Sequence record: KF147891.1
Reading direction: 5' to 3' (one strand)
DNA: 64,000 nucleotides
From: Pseudomonas phage PaBG
Shown: positions 8,799 through 17,388 of the stretch, in pieces
Layout of the letters: every line of letters starts with the position of its first letter
Position numbering within the stretch: position 1 is the stretch's first letter
Translations under genes and position numbers: made by a program
Notes under the pieces: model-generated
Databases searched by the model: none
Seen by the model: only the letters and a program-made list of their open reading frames with translations
Told to the model about the DNA's origin: nothing

Positions 8799-10961
8799 TC
8801 ACCTACGTGCGCTGCCCATTATACCGAGGGTTCCGATGCCACCAGAGCCTCCGCCGATACCTCCACCGCCGCCAGAATATAGGCGAGACGCCGCGATTGC
8901 TACTGGGCGTGTGTTTGCTACAGCCTCGGGGGCAGCCATTAGAATGGCTTGATATTCCTCTTCCTGCAATCCACGAACTGCGAGCGACATGGCTCGGTAG
9001 GTATCGTCAGTGTACCCATCAGCTTTGTCCACCATGCGTGTGGTGTCTTTGACTGTAGCCATCTGCATCAGCAGGTGAGACACCGGCTGCCCATCGAAGC
9101 AGAGCGGGTAGTGCTCATCGTCAAACTCAATGCACTCGCGGAACGTCTGGCGCTCGGCCACAGGTAGTACCAACTCACCCTGTTGGAGAAGCGTCTTGAC
9201 TGCGAACATGTCCTTGTACTTCAAGGAATACTGCTCGGCGATTTCAAGTTCTTCCCGAAGAATCTTGGCGTCCTGCAACAACTTCACAGAGTTCCAGCGG
9301 TCGGCCAGCAGGATTCGCACGTTGCGCGCTTCCATGATGGGCATGATCACTTCGGTGAAGATGCGACTGTGGTTCAGCGGTGCGCCGCGCTCTGGGATGA
9401 TTTCAAACACGCACTCGATCTGGACCTTGTTGTAGTCGTCTAGTCGAGCACAAACACCTGCGAAAGAGTTGTTCGTGAGTCCGGCGTCCAGAGCAAGGAG
9501 TGATGGGTACTTGCTCTTTTTGAGCTTCTTGATTTCGGCCCATGTAAAGGACTCGCCTCGTTTCTTAGAGTGCTTAACACGGCGAACGAGACGGATCGTA
9601 TTTTTCTTGTCACCTTGAGCATCTTCAATCTCGGTGTGATTCTGCAGGAACGTGTTGGCCGCCAGTGGAGGCACGGCACCGTAGTCACGTTCCGCGTTAA
9701 GTGGGTCTGTGCGATACGCCTCGGAAATGACCTTGGAGTTTCGCGGCAGGGTTGGGTTCACTTCCCAAGTGGGGCGCACAACACCGTACATGATGTCCGA
9801 GTGCTCTGCACGACGTACCAGGGTCATGATCATATCGTTCCGACTCGCAGGCGACGACACGTTCATGGCGTACCCAGGGTAGACATCATCGTACCCAAGG
9901 TTGATCAGACGTTCAGCGGCACCACGAACAGTCAGCAATGAACGGTCGAGAGCGCCCGCCACTTCGTGGGCGTTGTCCTTTACCTTCTTGGTGTCACGGT
10001 TCGCATCGAAGTAGCCGATTTCGTCGATTGCGGTGAAGTAACGAGTACGACCACGGAGAACCCGCTTGTCCGGGCCAGCCGGATAGGCCATCAGACCACG
10101 GCTCGGGTAAGCCACGTAGGTATCGTTGAACTTCAGGAGCTTCTCGCCGTACTTTTCCTCGTAATGACGCAGCATGCCGTGATACTCGCGGAACCATTGC
10201 GATTCCGTGAGCGTGGCATAGAAGTTCTGCCACAAGGTGTCTTTCGCCTGCGCGTAGGTCAGCGCAACGAAGGTACAGTGAAGCATGGTGCCCGTCTTCA
10301 ACCCGTAGAATGCGTTCGGGTTTTGCAACTTGAGGAGGCGATGCGTATGGTAGGGTGCAAAGTAACCGGCGATGGACAGAGACTTACCAGAACGCTGGCC
10401 GGCACAGACCGCCAACTCCTGGATAAACTTCATCTTGCCTTTCTTGATGAGCTTCGACCGACCCCATCCGCAATGCGGGCAGACGCCGTGCTCAAGCATG
10501 GCTACCTTGCGCTCCAGTTTACGGTAGGTATCATCCACCTTGTGATCGACGTACAGATACTCTACGTCGGAACACCGTGGGCAATACTCGTTGAACGTGA
10601 TGATGCCCCAGGTCAACTGCTCGATGTACGGCTTCTCACCGTTGGTCATCGCAAAGCGGTCGTTGGTACACCATTCGTACACGTTCTTCGCTACCGGAAT
10701 GCCGGAGTCGTCAATCTTCATATCACGAGGTACGAGGATTTTGGAATCCACGACCTCGCGAATGGTGCGGGCAATGTCGATTTCCTGCTCGTCAAAATTG
10801 CCGGCAGTGATCGCGTGCGCCGCCTTGTTCATGTTCTCTGGATCGAAGTCTTGCGCGGCTACTTCACCGCCACGCAGACCACTCAAGAACTTGAACGGGT
10901 CAGCTAGGGCAACATCGTACGGATTTGCTCCTTTTAGATTCTTGCCCTTTTTGATCTTCAT
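8799..10961 (-). CDS. terminase large subunit (ATPase + RNaseH-like nuclease), with N-terminal zinc-ribbon insert
   Basis: ATG at 10961 with a GAGGAAG Shine-Dalgarno (the track start is GTG). The protein has a Walker A (VCAGQRSGKS), a Walker B (YFTAIDEIGYFD), and a downstream nuclease domain (LALDAGLTNN..., ILLADRWNS). It also carries CPRC...CPHC cysteine pairs and a Gly-rich C-terminus (SGGGGGIGGGSGGIG). Confidence 0.75.
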   Translation of the reverse strand: MKIKKGKNLKGANPYDVALADPFKFLSGLRGGEVAAQDFDPENMNKAAHAITAGNFDEQEIDIARTIREVVDSKILVPRDMKIDDSGIPVAKNVYEWCTNDRFAMTNGEKPYIEQLTWGIITFNEYCPRCSDVEYLYVDHKVDDTYRKLERKVAMLEHGVCPHCGWGRSKLIKKGKMKFIQELAVCAGQRSGKSLSIAGYFAPYHTHRLLKLQNPNAFYGLKTGTMLHCTFVALTYAQAKDTLWQNFYATLTESQWFREYHGMLRHYEEKYGEKLLKFNDTYVAYPSRGLMAYPAGPDKRVLRGRTRYFTAIDEIGYFDANRDTKKVKDNAHEVAGALDRSLLTVRGAAERLINLGYDDVYPGYAMNVSSPASRNDMIMTLVRRAEHSDIMYGVVRPTWEVNPTLPRNSKVISEAYRTDPLNAERDYGAVPPLAANTFLQNHTEIEDAQGDKKNTIRLVRRVKHSKKRGESFTWAEIKKLKKSKYPSLLALDAGLTNNSFAGVCARLDDYNKVQIECVFEIIPERGAPLNHSRIFTEVIMPIMEARNVRILLADRWNSVKLLQDAKILREELEIAEQYSLKYKDMFAVKTLLQQGELVLPVAERQTFRECIEFDDEHYPLCFDGQPVSHLLMQMATVKDTTRMVDKADGYTDDTYRAMSLAVRGLQEEEYQAILMAAPEAVANTRPVAIAASRLYSGGGGGIGGGSGGIGTLGIMGSARR

Positions 10962-10963
10962 GG

Positions 10964-11746
10964 TCACTTCCTCGATGCACGAACACCCACTGTGTTCTGC
11001 GGCATGTGCTCCATGTCAGGATCAACTCCTGACTTGGTAACAGTTGCCGCATAGTGTTTGGTCATTGCAGCGATGGCGTCTGGGATGCGCTTGCGGTTCA
11101 GAGCGAGAATCACCTCGTCGGCCGTCTTGATTGACAGGCGCATCAGCAGGGTATTCTTCATCTTCTCCGGGAGCGACATCTGGTTGACTATGGAGGTCAC
11201 TATGTTGAGGCGCGAGATTGGCACCAAAGCGTCAGGGATCGCTTCGTCCAACTCGATTTCCATGTCCAGACCATCACGCAATGCTGCTTCTACGAAATTA
11301 GAAGCATCGTGGTGTGCGAACAGAAGGGATGCCGACTCTAGCAGAGTGTTGCGCAGCACTTCCTCTTTGGCCTGTGTGCCCTCACGCACTTCGGCCAATA
11401 TGTGGTCTGGAACTTCGATTTCGTTCTCACCTTTGACCGGATACTCGGTTGGGCGATAGTTGATACCGTCGTGCATCTTGTTGTGTTGGTGCCCATCATC
11501 ATCTGGGAACTCAACTTCGATTTCCATTACCTCTGGGAAATCGTCATCGTCGTCTTGCGGAGGCACTGTGACGTATTCTGGCTCTGGAGCGACAGTCGGT
11601 TTTGGCTTAGAAACGACTGTGCCGAGAGTAGGCAGTTTCTTGGCCTTTTCTCGGCAGACAGTTGTTGGGATGGTAAGCTCAGGGTTATAACGAACCCCGT
11701 GGAAAGCCAAACTGGGGACATTGTCCCCAGTGTGGTTTTCGAGCAT
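10964..11746 (-). CDS. hypothetical protein (candidate terminase small subunit by position)
   Basis: The true start is probably the internal ATG (MLENHTGDNVP) just past the stop of the helicase gene. The track N-terminus is the K/R-rich alternate frame of the helicase tail. The protein has an acidic central region and a helical C-terminus. Confidence 0.35.
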   Translation of the reverse strand: MLENHTGDNVPSLAFHGVRYNPELTIPTTVCREKAKKLPTLGTVVSKPKPTVAPEPEYVTVPPQDDDDDFPEVMEIEVEFPDDDGHQHNKMHDGINYRPTEYPVKGENEIEVPDHILAEVREGTQAKEEVLRNTLLESASLLFAHHDASNFVEAALRDGLDMEIELDEAIPDALVPISRLNIVTSIVNQMSLPEKMKNTLLMRLSIKTADEVILALNRKRIPDAIAAMTKHYAATVTKSGVDPDMEHMPQNTVGVRASRK

Positions 11747-11762
11747 TCCGAAGAGAGCCGCA

Positions 11763-13229
11763 CTAAGCGAGAGCGTAGTCTCCTGCGACTTCTTCCTCTT
11801 CGTCTCCGCTTCGTTTCTTTTTCTTGGATTTCCGAGGCTCATCGTCAGACTCGCTTCGTTTTCCTTTCTTGCCTTTCTTGGACTTGTCGCCTTTCCGTTT
11901 CTTGGAAGGCGCATCTTCTTCGTCATCCTCTGATGAGTAGTCAACCTGCGCATCGGGCATGTTCTCAGCGGTCATGATGTCGTACCGCTCAGCCAGCTCG
12001 AAGTTAAACACCTCACCGTCACGGTCTTTCTCAACCCGAATCGGCAAGATGCGCAGTTCACGTTGCTCTTGCTTGGTGTAGTTCCACTGCCACATGGTGT
12101 CGGCGTGTTCTTTGATACCCTTCGAGTAGCGCAGCTTATCTGTGGTATCGTCCAACTGAGCAAGGATAACCACAAGGCACTTGCTGCCTTCACGACTGAA
12201 TCGCTTGGACACGGCCGCAACTTCGGAGAGCTTGAACCACTGAGACTCGTGGTCCATGCCAGCGAGAAGGCCGATGTAGTCGATCATCACGATCTGGTAG
12301 CTGAACGGCTTGATCATGCGGTACACGTCGTCAATCGACATGGCTCGCGTTGGGCTGATCGTGGTGTAGACGATGCCGTGCTTCTGCCCGTGCTCACTGA
12401 ACAGACGGAAGGCTTCCTTGATCTTGTGCTTGTCGCCGGAGGTGAGCTTGTTCTCCTTAAACTTGTTGAACGGAATCTTCGTCAGGTGCGACGCAAGCCT
12501 TCGTGTCTCTTGTTCCTCGTCCATTTCCAAACTGATCCGACACACGGACTTGTTGGACTTGCGGTAGAGGTAAACACTCAGGTTCATCGCAACGGTCGAT
12601 TTACCACCGGACGTAGTTGCCGAGATAATGAACACGCCATGTTCTGGCAGGCCGCCGTTTCGCTTGTCGTACTCAGCATAGCCAGTCTTGATTCGCGGCT
12701 CGACCGTTCGGTTGATGATGTTGTCCACGATTTGCGCGGACGAGTCATTCGTACCGAAGTTGAGGAAGAACTGGTCATCGGCAAGGCTGGCGTTGGCGCG
12801 GCTCACAGCTTCCGTTACGTCGGAGAGCAGAGAATCAACGTCGATGTCTGGCTTGTCGAGAGCCGCGAAGCTGTCTTGGGCAATCGCGTAAATCGCACGA
12901 ATCTTGCGGTACCGCTCAAGTACATCCAGCAGGTTGCCTATCTGCTTTTTGTTCTTGCACGGCTTGGCCTTTTTAATCTGGGACTTCAATGCGTCCCGCA
13001 GGTCTTCATCGATTACAGGATCGGCAGCCAGGCTGTTGAAGTCAACGATTTCAAATCGCTTCTTGGCCAGGGTGTCGATCCGCTTGAATGCTTCGAGCGT
13101 AGGAGCATTGTGGAAATGCTCCTTACTCAGCTTACCGAGAAGGGTGCTGCGGACGCCAGCAGGGATGGACTCGTCGGTCAGTGTCTTGATGCACCGAACT
13201 TCGGAGTCCTGATCATATAGCAGCGCCAT
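11763..13229 (-). CDS. replicative DNA helicase (DnaB / T4 gp41 family) with K/E-rich C-terminal tail
   Basis: The RecA-like C-terminal domain has a Walker A (ISATTSGGKSTVAMNL) and a Walker B (IVMIDYIGLL); the N-terminal domain is helical. The tail reads SKKRKGDKSKKGKKGKRSESDDEPRKSKKKKRSGDEEEE. Confidence 0.7.
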   Translation of the reverse strand: MALLYDQDSEVRCIKTLTDESIPAGVRSTLLGKLSKEHFHNAPTLEAFKRIDTLAKKRFEIVDFNSLAADPVIDEDLRDALKSQIKKAKPCKNKKQIGNLLDVLERYRKIRAIYAIAQDSFAALDKPDIDVDSLLSDVTEAVSRANASLADDQFFLNFGTNDSSAQIVDNIINRTVEPRIKTGYAEYDKRNGGLPEHGVFIISATTSGGKSTVAMNLSVYLYRKSNKSVCRISLEMDEEQETRRLASHLTKIPFNKFKENKLTSGDKHKIKEAFRLFSEHGQKHGIVYTTISPTRAMSIDDVYRMIKPFSYQIVMIDYIGLLAGMDHESQWFKLSEVAAVSKRFSREGSKCLVVILAQLDDTTDKLRYSKGIKEHADTMWQWNYTKQEQRELRILPIRVEKDRDGEVFNFELAERYDIMTAENMPDAQVDYSSEDDEEDAPSKKRKGDKSKKGKKGKRSESDDEPRKSKKKKRSGDEEEEVAGDYALA

Positions 13230-13236
13230 GTGTCAG

Positions 13237-13638
13237 TCACTCATCAACCCAGATGGAAAGCTCCGGATACTTCTCGGTAACGGCCTTCACCCAGACGTTC
13301 CAAGGCGCACAGTCCTCGACAACATTCAGGTGAACTACTTGCCGCGTGTTGTTCGACGTCGGATTCATATCCGAGGCCGAGACGCTGCGTCGCTTGTACT
13401 TGTTGATCTTGAGGCGCTTGAACGGCGTCTCAAGAGCACGAACGGCTGCCTCGAAGTCGGGACGGTTGACGACGATGCGGTCGCTAACAATACCGAAGGC
13501 ACGGTTCGTGGTGATGTTTTGATTCTCCTTGACCACTTTGCTGATGTGAAGGAACAGCAGTCGCTTGAAGCTGTCCTCTGTTACACCGCTGAAACAGGCG
13601 AATGCAGCCTTTTCCAGAATCCAAGCGTCGGTACTCAT
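13237..13638 (-). CDS. hypothetical protein
   Basis: 133 aa; ATGA coupling with the upstream gene and a CAGGAGCG Shine-Dalgarno. Confidence 0.55.
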   Translation of the reverse strand: MSTDAWILEKAAFACFSGVTEDSFKRLLFLHISKVVKENQNITTNRAFGIVSDRIVVNRPDFEAAVRALETPFKRLKINKYKRRSVSASDMNPTSNNTRQVVHLNVVEDCAPWNVWVKAVTEKYPELSIWVDE

Positions 13639-14768
13639 GCAACGCTCCTGTGCTTGATCAATTCAGTTCCAACCTTTCTCAGGAACTTAGTCAGTCTCTC
13701 TTTACACACTCCGAGGTGATCGGCGAGGTGAGGGACCACATTTTCGTGTTTGGTGCGGGAAACAAAATCCGCACAATCTTCATCCAGCTTGATGAACCCA
13801 CGCGCTCGCAGGTAGCGAGTAAAGCGCGAGTCGTCTTGGCCGCTAACGATCAGAATGGCACGACGCCGTACTCGGGACTTTCCAAGTGCGCTGACAACCC
13901 GCTCGAAGTTCAGGTCAGACAGCATCTTGCTGGAGTCGTTTTGGTTCGCCGCGTTAAGCGTACCCTCGTAACTGAAAAGCTCCTCTCCGTCGATCACGGC
14001 GAGTTGGTTCTCAGAAACACAGGTCAGGCTGAAACTCTGCCCGCCGAATCCGTCGCTCCCTGCATTGTTCATGCGACGGCGTTTGTCCGATGTCTTAGCG
14101 CTGATGATGTTGAGCGCGTGGTTGGTGCAGGTCGATCGCAGGTAGTTCAGGATGTGCGCCTGCGACTTATCGGACGGTACCATCATGTAATACGCCTTGA
14201 TGGCTTTGTACAGCAACTCGCCGTTGAAGTCCGAAAACTCCGCGTTCTCGGCGTTGACCAGGAACTTGAGCTTGCGGAAGGTCTTCTGGCGAACGTGCTT
14301 CATCAACTCAGGGTACATATCGTTGAAGTCGCGCTGCGCACGCTCTACGCTGCCTTCTTCGATGTCCTCTGGTTTCAAGGACTTGACCCTTGCGGATTTC
14401 CGCATTGACCTGCGGAACTTCGCATCCTCGAACGCACGGCGCAACAACACCGCGTCATTGCGGACAATCTCGAACGCATTGGCGAAGTGGTGGATGGTGT
14501 CCACGTTCACTGCCGACTTGCAGAGGTTGAGCGCCATGAACTTGACGTTCAAGGTGAAGTACGACTTTTCGATCAGGCTCAGGCGAAAATCTTTTGCGCT
14601 GATGTCCAGATCGCGGAAGCGTACATTGTCTTTCAGGAAATGCTGGTACGCATAAGCATCGCACACGCCACACAGGTAACGGAGCGTCTCCTGTGCAACA
14701 CGGATCGCACGCGGCTGATCCAAGTCCAACTTGAGGACGTGGCGAAGTGCAGAACACAAACTTTCCAT
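13635..14768 (-). CDS. hypothetical protein (possible transcription regulator)
   Basis: 377 aa with a GGGAGATTAACC Shine-Dalgarno and a C-terminal HTH-like helical region. Function not established. Confidence 0.5.
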   Translation of the reverse strand: MESLCSALRHVLKLDLDQPRAIRVAQETLRYLCGVCDAYAYQHFLKDNVRFRDLDISAKDFRLSLIEKSYFTLNVKFMALNLCKSAVNVDTIHHFANAFEIVRNDAVLLRRAFEDAKFRRSMRKSARVKSLKPEDIEEGSVERAQRDFNDMYPELMKHVRQKTFRKLKFLVNAENAEFSDFNGELLYKAIKAYYMMVPSDKSQAHILNYLRSTCTNHALNIISAKTSDKRRRMNNAGSDGFGGQSFSLTCVSENQLAVIDGEELFSYEGTLNAANQNDSSKMLSDLNFERVVSALGKSRVRRRAILIVSGQDDSRFTRYLRARGFIKLDEDCADFVSRTKHENVVPHLADHLGVCKERLTKFLRKVGTELIKHRSVA

Positions 14769-14773
14769 GTTGG

Positions 14774-15607
14774 TTAATCTCCCGATACGCTGATGATTAC
14801 GTCCCCACCGGAATCGTTGCGGCTCTTACGGGGCTTGTAGCCCTTGGCTTCACGTTCCATGTTGCGACCTTCCATCATGCCGTTCACGAGGTCAACCAGG
14901 TCAATGGTCTTCTTCTGCTTACGGCGCGGGAGTTTGTTCTCTTTGAACACCGTGTCGATGGTGGTGATCTGCCCACCTGCCGACTCGTTGGTCATGTTGA
15001 GGTCGTACTCTTCCTCACAACGCAGACGCTTGGTCAGCAACCGAGTCGTGTCAGGATCGACGAGGCGGCTCTTCGCAACCATCTTCTGGCGCAGCTCGTT
15101 GAACTCTTCCACGGTGAAAATGTGGTCTTCGTTCGTGGAGCGAGCGAAAGTGAGGTTGCACTTGCCGTCCTGAGAGGTGAGGCGGATGTACTCACTGCTC
15201 ACCGACATGATCCGCGCGATCATGAAGTTGGACAGGTAGTTGGCACCAGCAGCACCACGGTAGCGTACATAAACCTTCTGGCCGAAGTGGAACCCTGCTT
15301 TTCGAGTTTTCTTCTCGTTATACAAAAGCGAGGCCAACGCACGAAGGCCTTCTTCTGGGACCGCTTGGAATAGGGACACCAGACCGTCGAAAGCATCCCG
15401 CTTCATGAGCGGTTGTAGCGCTTTCGTGTCTGCGATGAAATGCGGGCAGGCTGCCGAGGTTGAAGTCTTGTCGATCTTCGAGCATACCTGCTTGTTATCT
15501 GCGATTAGCTTTTCACACTTGAAGCCAACGCATTCACCACAGCGGGGTTGGAGGCTTTTTAGACTTGCCTTTACCTGCTTGCGTGTGCGTGTTGTCATGT
15601 CCATCAT
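14774..15607 (-). CDS. hypothetical zinc-finger protein
   Basis: 277 aa. The N-terminus carries a C-x2-C...C...C...C-P-H cysteine cluster. Confidence 0.5.
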   Translation of the reverse strand: MMDMTTRTRKQVKASLKSLQPRCGECVGFKCEKLIADNKQVCSKIDKTSTSAACPHFIADTKALQPLMKRDAFDGLVSLFQAVPEEGLRALASLLYNEKKTRKAGFHFGQKVYVRYRGAAGANYLSNFMIARIMSVSSEYIRLTSQDGKCNLTFARSTNEDHIFTVEEFNELRQKMVAKSRLVDPDTTRLLTKRLRCEEEYDLNMTNESAGGQITTIDTVFKENKLPRRKQKKTIDLVDLVNGMMEGRNMEREAKGYKPRKSRNDSGGDVIISVSGD

Positions 15608-16064
15608 TCAAGTAACCCTTTTTCTTTAGTGTCTCAGCGAGACAGAGGAGCAGAGCTTGGTCCAGATTCCGAAGCCCTGAATCGATCTTGTACAGATGCA
15701 ATGCTTTATGCACCGCGTCTGGGATGCGCGAACTTACCATCCACTCCTTACCAGCAACCGAGTTATCGATGGCCGACAGGATGGAGTTCACGAGGATTTC
15801 CAGATAGGGTTTTGCGTTTAGTTCTTCATTTTCGTTCGCCCAGTAGCGGCGTTTGATGCTCCGTCCAGTTCTCGTCCTTGCCACAATAGCCTCAGCATGA
15901 GCATGAAGCTGGTTGTGGCACTGTGCGCACAGCGGAATCTGCAGGCTATCTTTTCCTCCCAGAGCCTGCGGAACCGTGTGGTGCCAATGGAGCAAGGTGA
16001 AATACTTCGTGCAAATGAAGCAGTTGCCCGAGTCGTACTTCACCAACTTGGCTGTGTTACTCAT
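15534..16064 (-). CDS. HNH homing-type endonuclease
   Basis: A C-x2-C ... HWHH ... C-x2-C-H HNH core (CFICTKY, LHWHHTVPQALGG, CAQCHNQLH). Its 3' end overlaps the start of the next gene by about 74 nt, as expected for an inserted free-standing endonuclease. Confidence 0.65.
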   Translation of the reverse strand: MSNTAKLVKYDSGNCFICTKYFTLLHWHHTVPQALGGKDSLQIPLCAQCHNQLHAHAEAIVARTRTGRSIKRRYWANENEELNAKPYLEILVNSILSAIDNSVAGKEWMVSSRIPDAVHKALHLYKIDSGLRNLDQALLLCLAETLKKKGYLNDGHDNTHTQAGKGKSKKPPTPLW

Positions 16065-17064
16065 CTTCGTTGAGGCTAAACGGCAGCCCCCAATCAACCT
16101 CGACCGTTCGCAGTGTCAGGTCGAGGGCTTTGCGCTGTCGCTCGTCCACGATCCACGCCAACCACAGATTTGGGTTGCGTGGGTTGGGGACAAACTTCGT
16201 GCTCGCCAGTGCGTACCGAGTGTGCGATCGGCTGTTCACCTGTTCCAACAACTCGATGATCTTGTCGTTGGCTTCGGTAGCCGCGATTTCGCGCTTCGGC
16301 CCCGAGCGTTTGGCGATCTTGAATCCGCCTTTGACCTTGCGAACGCCGGAGTCGATGCCCAGCTTCTTGTGGTCAAACGCGAAGATGTACTGTTGTTCCA
16401 ACACCAGGTAACCGTCGCCAACGCGAGTCACCTTGAAGCCTGCCCGTTCGAGCTTGGAGGGGTCGATCTGTGCGCCGAGGTCTTTGAACAGCGGCGTGAC
16501 CGGCATCTGGAATGCCAAGAACGGCAGACCCTTCGTCGAATTTGGGAGTTTGGTGTAGAACTTACCGTAGGAAGCCGCCAGGTTCGCAATCGCCTTATCG
16601 GCGTCTGCGTCGGTGCCCATCTTCTTGCTGGTGCGGTGAGAGCGCACTTGAGCGATGTGGGCGTCCAAAGCGGACTTGATGTCGTCGTACGGGAAAGAGT
16701 CCATATAGCTCTGGACAAGTTCGCGCGTAGAGAGCCGATCATCACGGTCAGCGAAGATGGTGTTGTTGGCCAACTCCGTGGTAACGCGCAAGGTGCGAGT
16801 CAGGAGCTTGTTGATGCCAACCGGCACCAGCTCACGGGTTTCTTCGTTTGCACGATAGCCCTTGAGTTGCTGCTCAGCATCTTGTACGTCGGTGATGATG
16901 GAAGTGAGAGCCAAACGTAGCTGGCTCATTTTGATGGTGTTGCCCTGCTTAGTACCTTCGATCAGGTTGTTCAGCAGTGTGGTGGATTTCCACAGATCAA
17001 CGAGTGACCGCGGTAGTTCCGGATTTTCATTGCGCTCCAACTCTGCAATGTAAGAGTCGATCAT
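16057..17064 (-). CDS. hypothetical protein
   Basis: 335 aa with a CAGGGGAC Shine-Dalgarno. It is preceded by a roughly 260-nt leader. Confidence 0.55.
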   Translation of the reverse strand: MIDSYIAELERNENPELPRSLVDLWKSTTLLNNLIEGTKQGNTIKMSQLRLALTSIITDVQDAEQQLKGYRANEETRELVPVGINKLLTRTLRVTTELANNTIFADRDDRLSTRELVQSYMDSFPYDDIKSALDAHIAQVRSHRTSKKMGTDADADKAIANLAASYGKFYTKLPNSTKGLPFLAFQMPVTPLFKDLGAQIDPSKLERAGFKVTRVGDGYLVLEQQYIFAFDHKKLGIDSGVRKVKGGFKIAKRSGPKREIAATEANDKIIELLEQVNSRSHTRYALASTKFVPNPRNPNLWLAWIVDERQRKALDLTLRTVEVDWGLPFSLNEDE

Positions 17065-17329
17065 GGCATGTCCCCTGTTGCCAGATGTGATAAGGACTTA
17101 AATTATCTAGGCCCTTATCAGGTTGCAGCGCGGGCTTGTCAGAATCCGTGTCCTGACTTCGCTAGACACGCTGGTTAATGCAGAACGCCGACCTGTAAAA
17201 GCATCGACGTTCTGGTATTGGCTAGGTGTGCAAACTTTTTGGTGATCTTCGTCACTGTGTTTACACACTTGCTAAACCTCAACTATCAGCGGCACCACTA
17301 TTGCAGACGCTCATCGCTGACGATGCGAC

Positions 17330-17359
17330 ATTGTAGCACGTCTACAATAGCAGAGTCAA
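17330..17359 (-). promoter_or_regulatory. sigma-70-type promoter (TTGACT-N18-TGcTACAAT), minus strand
   Basis: Read by eye on the reverse complement: -35 TTGACT at 17359..17354, an extended -10 TGcTACAAT at 17338..17330. It sits directly downstream of the hairpin AGCTGGTCAaaaattTGACCAGCT that follows the recombinase gene. Confidence 0.45.
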
Positions 17360-17388
17360 GCTGGTCAAAAATTGACCAGCTAGCCAAC

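Noticed and set aside
12063-13220. Long plus-strand ORFs opposite the helicase, recombinase, SSB, acidic-protein and topoisomerase genes (for example 12063..13220, 17218..18669, 18776..20167, 24097..25677, 30268..31668, 39956..41746, 41966..43648)
   Set aside because: Each is the mirror frame of a well-supported minus-strand gene with recognisable motifs. Their translations are L/R/A/V-rich with no motifs and no Shine-Dalgarno.
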